From Ruminiclostridium sp. (GTDB lineage: Bacteria; Bacillota; Clostridia; Oscillospirales; Ruminococcaceae): a stretch of DNA of 64,000 nucleotides. The notes under the pieces were generated by a model. The model saw only the letters and a program-made list of their open reading frames with translations, did not search any database and was not told the origin of the DNA. Below, one piece after another: positions 9,249 to 19,308 of the stretch; position 1 is the stretch's first letter, and each line of letters begins with the position of its first letter. A program made the position numbers and the translations under genes. The stretch lies in contig JBJERM010000122.1 of assembly GCA_051882315.1 (NCBI GenBank), forward strand, positions 2,501-66,500, in the 5' to 3' direction.

Positions 9249-9296
9249 AAAGGTGCAAATTTCAAATTGCAAAAAAATTTTTGGGAGGAAACTATT

Positions 9297-9872
9297 ATGA
9301 ATTATCCGAACGCTGCCAAGGGTCTTAAAATGATGTTCTGGGCAGAAATCGCATCAATCATCGCTGTTGTATTCACAGTTATTCCGTTAATCGGAATTAT
9401 CGGTTATCTGGCTGCAATCGCTTGCGGAGTTATTTCTATTGTAGGTGTTTATACCGCAGGCAAGGACAATGAGGGCTATAAGAAAGCATTTATGTTTACC
9501 ATTATATCTCTTATCGGCTCGGTTATAGGCGCTTGCTTAGCCTTTATTCCGGTTGTAGGAACAATTCTCGCAAGCCTTATCAGCATTGCATGCTCAATTC
9601 TTGACCTTCTCGTTACATACTACATAATCACCACTTCCGCAAATATCCTCAGAGGTATCGGCGCTAACGCTATTGCAGACAAGGGTATGAACGTATGGAA
9701 GATAGTAATGATTTGTACTATTGCAGGCGTAATTATCAGTCTTTTATCCATTATTCCTATTATCAGTATTATTGCAGGAGTACTGGGTATTTTTGTTGGT
9801 ATTGCTGAACTTGTTGCAGCTATTCTTTACCTTATATTCCTTTATAACAGCTACAAGGCTCTCGGAGCATAA
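9297..9872 (+). CDS. Multi-pass membrane protein of unknown function
   Basis: Start MNYPNAAKG behind SD GGGAGG; about six hydrophobic segments. Confidence 0.75.
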   Translation: MNYPNAAKGLKMMFWAEIASIIAVVFTVIPLIGIIGYLAAIACGVISIVGVYTAGKDNEGYKKAFMFTIISLIGSVIGACLAFIPVVGTILASLISIACSILDLLVTYYIITTSANILRGIGANAIADKGMNVWKIVMICTIAGVIISLLSIIPIISIIAGVLGIFVGIAELVAAILYLIFLYNSYKALGA

Positions 9873-9917
9873 TATGGCTGTCTATAAGCGCCTGTACAAA
9901 TGAGTTTTTACAGACAT

Positions 9918-9944
9918 AACCGCCCGTTTCTGCGGGCGGTTTTT
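9918..9944 (+). terminator. Intrinsic terminator
   Basis: AACCGCCCG-TTTCTG-CGGGCGGTT followed by a T-tract. Confidence 0.7.
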
Positions 9945-9969
9945 GTATAAATGCGAAAAGGAGAGAGAA

Positions 9970-10311
9970 ATGCTGTTTTTCAAGAAAAAGCCCCTTGCTT
10001 CAAAGGAGAAGAAGGAGGCGCTCAGTTTACCTAAAACCAAGAAGGTACAGTTCCTGCCCCAAAAAATAAGCGAGGTTACAGAGGCGCTTAATAACGACCT
10101 TTCATATCTGCTGAGTCTTGAGCCGGTGAATTATTACGCCTCAAAATACACTTATTTACAGTGCACTTTTTTCTACAACGAGGATTACAGCACCGTGTTT
10201 TTCCTGCTGGAGTATGTTGAGGACGACAGGGAAAAGGGGGCTACGCCCTACTACCGCGCGGATTACGAGCTGATGAGAAAGACTGTGGCTAAGTTCGGGC
10301 AGAGGATTTGA
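9970..10311 (+). CDS. Hypothetical protein (113 aa)
   Basis: Open frame with AAGGAG upstream and host-like codons; no recognised motif. Confidence 0.6.
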   Translation: MLFFKKKPLASKEKKEALSLPKTKKVQFLPQKISEVTEALNNDLSYLLSLEPVNYYASKYTYLQCTFFYNEDYSTVFFLLEYVEDDREKGATPYYRADYELMRKTVAKFGQRI

Positions 10312-10500
10312 GGGGTCGGTGAGAGGCGCCGCCGCTTCAGCGGCGGCGCTTTGACTTGCGGCGGCGAAGCCGCCGCAATTTCCGCCCTGCGCCAAGGTCG
10401 GTCGGCGAAGCCGACTGACCTTGGCGCAGGGCGGGCTTCGCCGCAAAACCCTTTGGGTTTTGCGGCGATTTTGTGCGGCTGCTAAAGCAGCCGCACGCAA
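10310..10500. repeat. GC-rich multi-hairpin repeat family C, copy C1 (REP-like)
   Basis: Five to six tandem hairpins, e.g. TTGCGGCGGC-GAA-GCCGCCGCAA, CCCTGCGCCAAGGTCGGTCGGC-GAA-GCCGACTGACCTTGGCGCAGGG, GTGCGGCTGC-TAAA-GCAGCCGCAC. Skeleton shared with 37645-37740. Confidence 0.8.
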
Positions 10501-10564
10501 ACCCGCACAATTCCGCTGTAAAATCCTCATATTTTCCCGCCCTCAAATTTTTTTCAAAAACCTA

Positions 10565-10593
10565 TTGACAAAACTGCTTTAAAGTGATATTAT
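10565..10593 (+). promoter_or_regulatory. Sigma-A promoter of the trp operon
   Basis: TTGACA (10565-70), 17 bp, TATTAT (10588-93). Confidence 0.75.
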
Positions 10594-10624
10594 GTTAGCA
10601 ACAAGTAAATATTGCTTTTTAAAT

Positions 10625-10945
10625 CCTATGAGCAAAAGCAAGTAGCTGTTCAGTCGGCGGCACAGAGAGTCCGTATTGGTGGAAGCGGATACGCACGGGT
10701 TCGGTGAATGGGTTTGTGAGGAGCCGGGTGAACTTTAAGTAGCCTGCGCCGCGTTTCCTGCGTTAGTGTGAAGGGGTATTAAGGCTTGACTGCTGCGTAC
10801 TTAACAATACTTCGGTATTTCGTTTATGCTTTTTACAGTCGCCCGATACCTATCGAGGCGGCTTTTTTATTTGCCGCAAATTCGGGTGGCACCGCGATTT
10901 ATTCGCCCCGAGGGACATTTTAAGTCCTTCGGGGCTTTTCTGTTT
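10625..10945 (+). promoter_or_regulatory. T-box riboswitch, Trp specifier
   Basis: AGTA, AGAGA and GGTGGAA stem-I motifs. Specifier GAA-TGG (UGG at 10709-11). T-box AAATTCGGGTGGCACCGCG (10878-96). Terminator GCCCCGAGGGAC...GTCCTTCGGGGC-TTTT. Lies directly upstream of trpE. Confidence 0.95.
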
Positions 10946-10976
10946 TCATTTTTTCTGCAAGAAAGGAGCAAATGCT

Positions 10977-12437
10977 ATGATGACCTTTGAAGAAGTAAAA
11001 AAGCTTGCCGGGTCGGGAGATTACGGCTACATTCCCTTAAGCGACGAGATTTTCTCCGATATGAAAACTCCCGTTGAGGTGCTTCGTATCCTGCTGGGCG
11101 TAAGCGGACACTGCTATATGCTGGAAAGCGCAGAGGAGCACAGACAATGGGGAAGATACACCTTTTTGGGCTATGACCCGAAAAGCGAGATAACCTGCGC
11201 CGACGGAGTTGTAAAGATAACCGAAAACGGGGAAAGCAGGAAATTCGACTGCACAAACCCCGACGAGATAATAAAGAAGATAATAAACGAGCATAAAAGC
11301 CCGGTTATCCCGGAGCTTCCCACCTTTACAGGCGGACTTGTGGGCTACTTCTCCTACGATTACATAAAGTACAGCGAGCCGACCTTAAAGCTTGACGCAA
11401 AGGACGAGGAGCGGTTCAACGACGTTGACCTTATGCTTTTCGATAAGGTAATCGCCTTCGATAATTTCAGACAGAAAATTATCCTTATATGCAATATCGA
11501 AACCAAAGACCTTGAAAATTCCTACGAAAATGGCAAAAAACAGCTTGCGGCAATGAGGGAGCTTATAATGAAGGGCCAGATGAAGCCCCGTGAAAAGGGA
11601 AGGCTTCTTTCCCCGTTCAGACAGCTTTTCAGCAAGGAGCAGTACTGCGATATGGTTGAAAAGGCAAAGCACTATATCCGTGAGGGGGATATTTTTCAGG
11701 TGGTGCTCAGCAACCGTCTTGACGCCGACTACGAGGGCAGCCTGCTGGACGCTTATCGGGTACTGCGTACCGTAAACCCCTCTCCCTATATGTTCTACTT
11801 TTCCGGGGACGATGTGGAAATTGCGGGAGCTTCTCCCGAAACCCTTGTGAAGCTTGAAAACAAGACTCTTCGTACCTTTCCTCTTGCAGGCACAAGACCC
11901 AGAGGAAAAACTCCCGAGGAGGACGAGGAGCTGGAGAAAGGGCTGCTTGCCGACGAAAAGGAAAAGGCGGAGCACAATATGCTGGTTGACCTTGGCAGGA
12001 ACGACTTAGGCAAGATAAGCCGCTTCGGCACGGTTGAGGTTGAAAAGTATATGTCCATTGAGCGCTACTCCCACGTTATGCACATAGGCTCAACGGTAAA
12101 GGGCGAGATTGAGGACAGATTTACGGCGGCGGACGCGGTTGCGGCGGTGCTTCCTGCGGGAACTCTATCGGGAGCGCCGAAGATAAGAGCCTGCCAGATA
12201 ATAAACGAGCTTGAAAACAACAAGCGTGGAATTTACGGCGGAGCGATTGGCTACTTAAGCTTTACGGGAAATCTTGACGTCTGCATCTCAATACGGATTG
12301 CATTTAAAAAGAACGGAAAGGTTTTCGTCCGTTCGGGTGCAGGAATCGTAGCGGACAGCGTTCCCGAAAACGAGTACAACGAGTGCATAAACAAGGCGAA
12401 AGCGGTAGTCAAGGCGCTTGAAACCGAGCTTGAATAA
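10977..12437 (+). CDS. trpE: Anthranilate synthase component I
   Basis: LLES-like YMLESAE, GDIFQVVLS, NPSPYM, KEKAEHNMLVDLGRND, PAGTLSGAPK. Confidence 0.96.
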   Translation: MMTFEEVKKLAGSGDYGYIPLSDEIFSDMKTPVEVLRILLGVSGHCYMLESAEEHRQWGRYTFLGYDPKSEITCADGVVKITENGESRKFDCTNPDEIIKKIINEHKSPVIPELPTFTGGLVGYFSYDYIKYSEPTLKLDAKDEERFNDVDLMLFDKVIAFDNFRQKIILICNIETKDLENSYENGKKQLAAMRELIMKGQMKPREKGRLLSPFRQLFSKEQYCDMVEKAKHYIREGDIFQVVLSNRLDADYEGSLLDAYRVLRTVNPSPYMFYFSGDDVEIAGASPETLVKLENKTLRTFPLAGTRPRGKTPEEDEELEKGLLADEKEKAEHNMLVDLGRNDLGKISRFGTVEVEKYMSIERYSHVMHIGSTVKGEIEDRFTAADAVAAVLPAGTLSGAPKIRACQIINELENNKRGIYGGAIGYLSFTGNLDVCISIRIAFKKNGKVFVRSGAGIVADSVPENEYNECINKAKAVVKALETELE

Positions 12438-12448
12438 GGGAGGCAGTT

Positions 12449-13015
12449 ATGATACTTCTGATTGATAATTATGACAGCTTTTCCTACAATCTGTATCAGC
12501 TTGTGGGAACGATAAATCCGGATATAAAGGTAATCCGGAATAACGAGAAGACGGTAGAGGAGATAGAGGCACTTGCGCCGGAGAGAATTATTCTCTCCCC
12601 CGGCCCCGGAAAGCCCTCGGAGGCGGGAATATGCATCGAAACGGTAAAAAAGCTGGGAAGTAAAATCCCGATTTTCGGAGTTTGTTTGGGGCATCAGTCA
12701 ATCTGCGAGGCTTACGGCGCTGTTGTTTCCTACGCAAAGGAGCTTATGCACGGAAAGCAGTCCCAGATAACCCTTGATAACGACAGCAGACTTTTTGGAG
12801 GTATGCCAAAGGTTATAGGAGCAGCCCGCTATCACTCCCTTGCCGCAGACAAAAGCACCATTCCCCCCGAACTGAAGGTAACCGCAGTAACCGAGGACGG
12901 GGAAGTAATGGCGGTTGAGCATAGAACTTATCCTGTTTACGGAGTCCAGTTTCACCCCGAGTCGATTTTAACACCCTGCGGAAAAACAATACTTGAAAAC
13001 TTTTTAAATAACTGA
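12449..13015 (+). CDS. trpG: Anthranilate synthase component II (glutamine amidotransferase)
   Basis: IDNYDSF, SPGPG, GVCLGHQ, QFHPES. Confidence 0.96.
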   Translation: MILLIDNYDSFSYNLYQLVGTINPDIKVIRNNEKTVEEIEALAPERIILSPGPGKPSEAGICIETVKKLGSKIPIFGVCLGHQSICEAYGAVVSYAKELMHGKQSQITLDNDSRLFGGMPKVIGAARYHSLAADKSTIPPELKVTAVTEDGEVMAVEHRTYPVYGVQFHPESILTPCGKTILENFLNN

Positions 13016-13033
13016 CCGAAAGGAGAAATTATC

Positions 13034-14059
13034 ATGATTAAAGAGGCAATTGCAAAGCTTTTAAAGAAGGAAGACCTTACCGCCGAAATGACGGAGCAGG
13101 TTATGGACGAAATAATGGGAGGCGAGGCTTCTCAGGTTTGTATGGCGTCTTATCTTACTGCATTAGAAGCAAAGGGAGCGACAATCGAGGAAATTACCGC
13201 CTCCGCTAAGGGCATGAGAAAGTTGGGAACAAAGCTTCTCCACGAGGGCGGAGTTTTTGAAATAGTAGGAACGGGCGGCGACCGCTCAAACTCCTTCAAT
13301 ATCTCCACCACTGCTTCAATCATCATCGCTTCGGGGGGAGTAAGGGTTGCAAAGCACGGCAACCGTGCTGCTTCCAGCAAGTCGGGTGCGGCGGACTGCC
13401 TTGAAGCACTCGGGGTAAATATTACCCTTGAACCGGAACAAATGGCGGAGGTTTTAAAGGAATGCGGAATCTGCTTCCTTTTCGCACAGAAGTATCATTC
13501 AGCTATGAAATATGTGGGTCCCGTAAGAAAAGAGCTTGGCATTAAGACAATATTCAACGTTTTAGGTCCTCTTACCAACCCCGCAGGAGCAGAAACTCAG
13601 GTTATGGGTGTATTTGACGGCGCTCTGGTTGAGCCTATGGCAAAGGTGCTCTATAACTTAGGCGTTAAAAAGGGCATGGTTGTTTTCGGAGAGAACGGAC
13701 TTGACGAGGTTTCAATCTGCGCTCCCACAAAAATCTGCGAGTTCGGAAACGGAGAGTTTAAAACCTACGAGATAAAGCCTGAGGACTTCGGCATGAAAAC
13801 AGCGGATATTTCCGAAATCGTAGGCGGTACGGGAGCAGAAAATGCTGAAATTACCCTTGGCATACTGAAAGGCGAAATAAAGGGCGCTAAGCGTGACGTT
13901 ACTGTTCTTAATGCAGGCTGCGGTCTTTATACCGCAGGCAAAGCTGACAGTATTGCAGAGGGCGTTAAGCTTGCGGCTGAGCTTATCGACAGCGGCAAGG
14001 CTTATCAGAAGCTTCAGAGCTTTATCGCCTGCACCAACAGACAGGAGGTTACGGCGTGA
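13034..14059 (+). CDS. trpD: Anthranilate phosphoribosyltransferase
   Basis: GTGGD, NIST, KHGNRAASSKSGAAD. Confidence 0.97.
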   Translation: MIKEAIAKLLKKEDLTAEMTEQVMDEIMGGEASQVCMASYLTALEAKGATIEEITASAKGMRKLGTKLLHEGGVFEIVGTGGDRSNSFNISTTASIIIASGGVRVAKHGNRAASSKSGAADCLEALGVNITLEPEQMAEVLKECGICFLFAQKYHSAMKYVGPVRKELGIKTIFNVLGPLTNPAGAETQVMGVFDGALVEPMAKVLYNLGVKKGMVVFGENGLDEVSICAPTKICEFGNGEFKTYEIKPEDFGMKTADISEIVGGTGAENAEITLGILKGEIKGAKRDVTVLNAGCGLYTAGKADSIAEGVKLAAELIDSGKAYQKLQSFIACTNRQEVTA

Positions 14060-14835
14060 TTCTTGATGATATTGCACTTCACCGCAAAGAGCAGCTGCGG
14101 CTTGAAAAGGAAAGAACTCCCCTTGAAGCGGTAAAAAAGGCTGCCGAAAGGGCAGGAAAGGGAATAGACTTCAAAGCGGCGCTTAAAAAGGGCGGGCTTT
14201 CGGTGATTGCGGAGGCAAAAAAGGCTTCACCCTCAAAGGGTATTATCTGCGAGGATTTCAACCCCGTAAAAATTGCGGAGGAATACGAAAAGGCGGGAGC
14301 TTCAGCGGTTTCCTGCCTTACGGAAGAATACTATTTCAAAGGCTCTCTTGATTATCTTCGGGCAATCCGTGAAAAAATTGCTCTGCCCGTACTGAGAAAG
14401 GATTTCATAATCGACTCCTATCAGATTTACGAGGCAAAGGCGGCGGGAGCGGACGCAGTTCTTCTTATTGCGGCAATGCTTGACAAAAATACCCTCAGGG
14501 AGTACAATAAAATAGCCTGCGGTTTAGGTCTTTCGGTTTTAGGCGAAGCTCACAGCAGAGAGGAAACGGATAATCTCCTTGAAGCGGGCTGTGAAATTAT
14601 CGGAATAAACAATCGCAATCTCAAAACCTTTGAGGTTTCTCTTGAAACTACCGAAAAGCTTATGCGAGAAATTCCAAAGGATTTTGTACGGGTTTCCGAA
14701 AGCGGGATAAAGACAAACGAGGATATGCGGTTTGTAAGAAGCTGCGGCGCCGACGCTGTTCTTATCGGGGAAACGCTGATGAGAAGCGGGAACGTTAAGG
14801 AAGCTATGGCAGAGCTGCTGAGGGGTATAGAATGA
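14056..14835 (+). CDS. trpC: Indole-3-glycerol-phosphate synthase
   Basis: IAEAKKASPSKG, LRKDFII, GINNRNL, VSESGI; GTG start overlapping the trpD stop. Confidence 0.97.
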   Translation: MILDDIALHRKEQLRLEKERTPLEAVKKAAERAGKGIDFKAALKKGGLSVIAEAKKASPSKGIICEDFNPVKIAEEYEKAGASAVSCLTEEYYFKGSLDYLRAIREKIALPVLRKDFIIDSYQIYEAKAAGADAVLLIAAMLDKNTLREYNKIACGLGLSVLGEAHSREETDNLLEAGCEIIGINNRNLKTFEVSLETTEKLMREIPKDFVRVSESGIKTNEDMRFVRSCGADAVLIGETLMRSGNVKEAMAELLRGIE

Positions 14836-15473
14836 GCCTTAAAATAAAGCTCTGCGGTATGCGCCGCCCCGAGGATATAGAGTATCTGGGCAGCTTTCCC
14901 CCCGACTATGCAGGCTTTATACTGACGCCGGGCTTTCGCAGAAGCATTGACAAGGAAACCTTTCTGCGGCTTGTTTCCCTTCTTAGGGGCAGCATCAGCC
15001 CCGTGGGAGTTTTTGTTGACGAGCCGATAGAAAGCGTTGTCGGCTTTGCCCCTAAGCTCAGGGTTATACAGCTTCACGGCAGCGAAAACGAGGATTACAT
15101 AAGAAGGCTGAGAAAACTGATACCCGAAAGCTGCGAAATCTGGAAAGCGGTTCGGGTAAGAAGCGAAGATGATATTCTTAAAGCAGACAGACTGCCCGCA
15201 GATAAGCTTCTGCTGGACGCATTTTCGGAAAACAGCGTTGGTGGGACGGGAAAGACTGCGGACTGGGATTTGATTGCAAAAACAAGGATAAGCAAGCCCT
15301 TTTTTGCGGCGGGAGGAATTACTGCGGCGAATTTCCGTGAGGCGGCAGAAAGGCTTTCGCCCTACGGAATTGACTTAAGCGGCGGAATTGAAACAAACGG
15401 CGCAAAGGACTTGGCGAAAATTCGTGAAATAATGCAGATAAAGGCAGAATTTGAGAAAACGAAAGGAAATTGA
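14832..15473 (+). CDS. trpF: Phosphoribosylanthranilate isomerase
   Basis: [33 protein letters not shown]. Confidence 0.96.
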   Translation: MSLKIKLCGMRRPEDIEYLGSFPPDYAGFILTPGFRRSIDKETFLRLVSLLRGSISPVGVFVDEPIESVVGFAPKLRVIQLHGSENEDYIRRLRKLIPESCEIWKAVRVRSEDDILKADRLPADKLLLDAFSENSVGGTGKTADWDLIAKTRISKPFFAAGGITAANFREAAERLSPYGIDLSGGIETNGAKDLAKIREIMQIKAEFEKTKGN

Positions 15474-15474
15474 A

Positions 15475-16656
15475 ATGGGTACAAAAGGAAGATACGGGGA
15501 ATACGGCGGACAGTATATTCCCGAAACGGTAATGAACGCAGTAACAGAGCTTGAGGAGGCTTACTCCCGTTATAAAGACGACCCCGGGTTCAAAAAGGAG
15601 CTGGCGGAGCTTTACAAAAGCTATGCAGGCAGACCCTCCATGCTCTACTATGCGGAGAAAATGTCGGCTGAGCTGGGCTGTAAGGTGTATCTTAAGCGTG
15701 AGGATTTGAACCATACCGGCGCTCACAAGATAAATAACGTCTTGGGACAAATTCTCCTTGCCAAGAAAATGGGCAAGAAGCGCATAATCGCCGAAACGGG
15801 AGCAGGTCAGCACGGTGTTGCAACAGCAACCGTCTGCGCTCTTATGGGACTGGAATGTTGTGTTTATATGGGCAGCGAGGACGCGAGAAGGCAGTCGCTG
15901 AACGTTTACAGAATGAGACTTTTAGGCTCGGAGGTAAAGGAGGTTGACAGCGGTACTGCCACATTAAAGGACGCTATTAACGAAGCCTTCCGTGACTGGG
16001 CGGCTAACGTTGAAAATACATTTTACTGCATAGGCTCGGTTATGGGACCCCACCCTTATCCCGAAATGGTAAGGGATTTTCAGAAGATTATCGGCGAGGA
16101 AATCCGCTCACAGCTTATGGAAACCGAGGGCAAGCTTCCCGACTGCGTAATTGCCTGCGTTGGCGGCGGCTCAAACGCTATGGGTGCTTTCTACAACTTT
16201 ATCCCCGACAAGTCCGTGCGTCTTATAGGCGCAGAGGCGGCAGGACGGGGACTTGATACACCCGAAACTGCGGCTACTCTTGCAAAAGGCTCTACGGGCA
16301 TTTTCCACGGCATGAAGTCGGTATTCTTACAGGACGAATTTGGTCAGATTGCTCCTGTTTACTCCATTTCCGCAGGTCTTGACTACCCCGGAATAGGTCC
16401 GGAGCACGCTATGCTCTGGAAAACCGGCAGGGCGGAATACATGGGAATTACCGACGAAGAGGCGGTCTGCGCCTTTGAATATCTTGCAAAAACCGAGGGA
16501 ATTATTCCTGCAATAGAATCCTCCCACGCAGTTGCAGCGGCGCTTAAAATCGCTCCGGAAATGAAGGGCAAGCTTATGGTTATAAACATTTCCGGCAGAG
16601 GCGACAAGGACGTTTATTCCGTGGCAAGATACCGTGGAGTAGAGGTAAGGGTTTGA
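15475..16656 (+). CDS. trpB: Tryptophan synthase beta chain
   Basis: [39 protein letters not shown]. Start moved to MGTKG (15475). Confidence 0.98.
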   Translation: MGTKGRYGEYGGQYIPETVMNAVTELEEAYSRYKDDPGFKKELAELYKSYAGRPSMLYYAEKMSAELGCKVYLKREDLNHTGAHKINNVLGQILLAKKMGKKRIIAETGAGQHGVATATVCALMGLECCVYMGSEDARRQSLNVYRMRLLGSEVKEVDSGTATLKDAINEAFRDWAANVENTFYCIGSVMGPHPYPEMVRDFQKIIGEEIRSQLMETEGKLPDCVIACVGGGSNAMGAFYNFIPDKSVRLIGAEAAGRGLDTPETAATLAKGSTGIFHGMKSVFLQDEFGQIAPVYSISAGLDYPGIGPEHAMLWKTGRAEYMGITDEEAVCAFEYLAKTEGIIPAIESSHAVAAALKIAPEMKGKLMVINISGRGDKDVYSVARYRGVEVRV

Positions 16657-16671
16657 AAGGAGAGCGGGATA

Positions 16672-17460
16672 ATGAACAGAATAGAAAAATGCTTCAGTGA
16701 CCTTAAGGAAAGAAACGAAAAGGCGCTTATTACTTTTATTACAGCAGGCGACCCCGACCTTGAAACAACGGAAAAGGCGGTTTTTGAGATGTTCGGTAAC
16801 GGGGCGGATATAATCGAGCTTGGCGTGCCCTTTTCCGACCCGGTTGCAGAGGGAGTCACAATCCAGAAATCCTCCCTGCGTTCCCTTAAAAACGGCACAA
16901 ACCTTACAAAGATTTTTGAAACGGTAAAGCGCATCAGAGAAAAGACGGAAAAGCCCCTGATACTGATGATGTACGTAAACACAATTTTCGTTTACGGTAC
17001 GGACAGATTTTTTGCAGACTGCAAGCAGTACGGGATTGACGGCGTAATCGTTCCGGATATGCCCTTTGAGGAGCGGGACGAGGTGCTGGAGTATGCGGAA
17101 AAGTACGGGGTTTTAAATATCAATCTTGTTGCGCCGACTTCAAGAAACAGAATTGAGAAAATTGCTTCTGAAAGCAAGGGCTTTCTCTATTGCGTTTCCT
17201 CAACCGGCGTTACCGGTGTCAGAAGCGGCTATACAACCGACTTTGAGGACTTTTTCGGCACTATCAAGAAGTACGCAAAATGCCCCTGCGCCGTTGGATT
17301 CGGAATTTCCGGACCGGAGCAGGCGAAGAAAATGTCGGGCTACTGCGACGGGGTAATCGTAGGCTCTGCAATTGTGCGGATTTTCGAGGAAAAGGGAACT
17401 GCTGCGCCAAAGGCGGCGGGAGAATTAGTAAAATCCCTTAAGGACGCATTACTGCACTAA
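16672..17460 (+). CDS. trpA: Tryptophan synthase alpha chain
   Basis: FITAGDP, ELGVPFSDPVAEG, GVTG, VGFGIS. Confidence 0.97.
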   Translation: MNRIEKCFSDLKERNEKALITFITAGDPDLETTEKAVFEMFGNGADIIELGVPFSDPVAEGVTIQKSSLRSLKNGTNLTKIFETVKRIREKTEKPLILMMYVNTIFVYGTDRFFADCKQYGIDGVIVPDMPFEERDEVLEYAEKYGVLNINLVAPTSRNRIEKIASESKGFLYCVSSTGVTGVRSGYTTDFEDFFGTIKKYAKCPCAVGFGISGPEQAKKMSGYCDGVIVGSAIVRIFEEKGTAAPKAAGELVKSLKDALLH

Positions 17461-17476
17461 AAAGATACATAAAAAC

Positions 17477-17510
17477 AAGCTCCACGGCGATTAATTTCCG
17501 TGGAGCTTTT
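17477..17510. terminator. Bidirectional terminator after trpA
   Basis: AAGCTCCACGG...CCGTGGAGCTT flanked by A- and T-tracts. Confidence 0.75.
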
Positions 17511-17540
17511 GTCATATGGGAGGTAAAAGAGATTAAGCGA

Positions 17541-18155
17541 TTAGCCGATAGCTTCGATAAGCTTTTCTTCCGCTTCTGCTGCGGAGTTGTCACAGATAAG
17601 GTAAGCGTATTCGCCCTTGCTGCCTACAACGGTCTTTTCAGCAGCCTCAACCTGTGCGGGGTAGAAGGCTACCTCGTCGAGAAGCTTCTGCTTACGGTCG
17701 TTAAGCATTGCGATAACGTCCTCCATCTTGCCCTCGGCAGGCTTGATAACTGCGATTTCAATGAGGTGAACGTTCATAAGTGCGGTTGCAACGCCGTATT
17801 CGTCGATAAGGTCAAGGTCGTAGCCCATAACGTCGGCGAGCATTTCCTTGTCCTCTACGAGTGCGGTAGCGCCGAACTCAATGCCGCTGTTAAGAACTGC
17901 GTTTACAAGCTTTTCACAGTCGTTTGTTTCAGCCTCAGCGCTGTCCTCGTTCTCGGGAACTGATGTATCGGTTGCTTCTTCGGTTGCAGCCTCGGTTTCG
18001 GTGGTTGTTTCAGCCTCGGTTGTGGTGGTTTCTGCCTCGGTTTCTGCGGTAGTTGTAGCCGCAGGAGTTGTTGTTTCCTCGTTCTTCTTGCCGCAGGAAG
18101 AAGCTGATAAAATCATTGCTCCTGCTAAAAGTGCTGCGATAATTTTCTTGTTCAT
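17541..18155 (-). CDS. Lipoprotein, DUF4358-like C-terminal domain
   Basis: Lipobox ASSC, Thr/Glu-rich linker, EIAVIK...KGEYAYLI pattern. Confidence 0.7.
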   Translation of the reverse strand: MNKKIIAALLAGAMILSASSCGKKNEETTTPAATTTAETEAETTTTEAETTTETEAATEEATDTSVPENEDSAEAETNDCEKLVNAVLNSGIEFGATALVEDKEMLADVMGYDLDLIDEYGVATALMNVHLIEIAVIKPAEGKMEDVIAMLNDRKQKLLDEVAFYPAQVEAAEKTVVGSKGEYAYLICDNSAAEAEEKLIEAIG

Positions 18156-18177
18156 AATTTTTCCTTTCTTATCTTTT

Positions 18178-19308
18178 TCAACTTTTTTTCTGTTCGTTAA
18201 GGTATGAAAACTTAGTTTTAACGAACCTTTCTCCTTTATAGAACGGCAGGTCGGAAAGGGTTATGCAGTAGGGATTTCCGAACGCCTTCATTAAGAACAC
18301 TTCGCTCATATACTTTTGGTTACATTCCGGTAAAAAATTTTTGTCAAGCTTAGGCTTCCAGCCCTCGGTATTGTAAACGAACTGCCCCCACCAGGGAAGC
18401 CACCAGAGCCATTTTACCTTATCTTTAACAAGGTTTTCCGGGTCGGGGATATAGCCGCATTCGCTGAGCGTCGCCATTTTTCCGTGGGTGTAGGAGGTCA
18501 CTTCATCAAATTTTGCTTTTTGGGAGGAGTGGTCGTCCGGGATTTCGCTGTAAATATCCTCGCCGCAGATGTCGTAGGTGTTGGGGTGAACCGCCATGTC
18601 CTTATTCTGTCCGTTCCATACCCATATTATGTTGGTAAGTCTGTGAAAATTTTCAAGCCTGTCAAAAATCATATACCATAGCTTTTTGTAGGCTTCAATG
18701 CTTTCTCCGCCGTCCTTCCCCCTGTTTCCCCACCAGAACCAGTTGCCGTTTGCCTCGTGGAGGGGTCTGAAAAGCACGGGGATATTCTCCTTTTCAAACT
18801 CTTTCAGCATCATAGCCGCCTTGTCGATACGGGAAACAGCAAAATTGTACTCGGGAGTGCCGTAAACAACCGCCTTTGTAATGTCAAAGGAGGTCTTGTG
18901 GTCGTAGCCTGTGGTCTTATAGTAGAAGGACCAGCAGCAGTTTTCCATATCCTGCATATCGTCGGGAGCGTACCAGTGCCAGCACATTGTTATGATACAG
19001 CCCGTTTCCTTTGCCCACTCTATTGCCCGCTTTACCTGATTATCCCCTTTTTTCTTGTCCATATCCATAAGGTCGTAGCCCCTTATTGCGGGGAGCTTTC
19101 CCGTATAGCGCATATACACGGCGTCCTCCAGCTCTTCCGCCTGAAGATACTGCTGACCCGAGAGGATTTTTTTGCCGTAAATACTTTTAAGGTAGTCGAA
19201 AAGGGCAAGGGCTTGTGCAGAGGGCTGCTTTGAAACAAGCCTGTCGGGGTTTACCGGTCGTGAGTCAAGGTCTTTAAAAAGCTTATCGAAATCGGTTATA
19301 TATTCCAT
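18178..19308 (-). CDS. Glycoside hydrolase family 26 (beta-mannanase-like)
   Basis: WHW, FRPLHEANGNWFWWG (acid/base Glu), WVWN, LSECG (nucleophile Glu). Confidence 0.88.
   Translation of the reverse strand: MEYITDFDKLFKDLDSRPVNPDRLVSKQPSAQALALFDYLKSIYGKKILSGQQYLQAEELEDAVYMRYTGKLPAIRGYDLMDMDKKKGDNQVKRAIEWAKETGCIITMCWHWYAPDDMQDMENCCWSFYYKTTGYDHKTSFDITKAVVYGTPEYNFAVSRIDKAAMMLKEFEKENIPVLFRPLHEANGNWFWWGNRGKDGGESIEAYKKLWYMIFDRLENFHRLTNIIWVWNGQNKDMAVHPNTYDICGEDIYSEIPDDHSSQKAKFDEVTSYTHGKMATLSECGYIPDPENLVKDKVKWLWWLPWWGQFVYNTEGWKPKLDKNFLPECNQKYMSEVFLMKAFGNPYCITLSDLPFYKGERFVKTKFSYLNEQKKS

Noticed and set aside
10156-10546. ORFs 10156-10530 and 10337-10546
   Set aside because: Arg/Ala/Pro-rich translations of the palindromic C1 cluster, with no SD.
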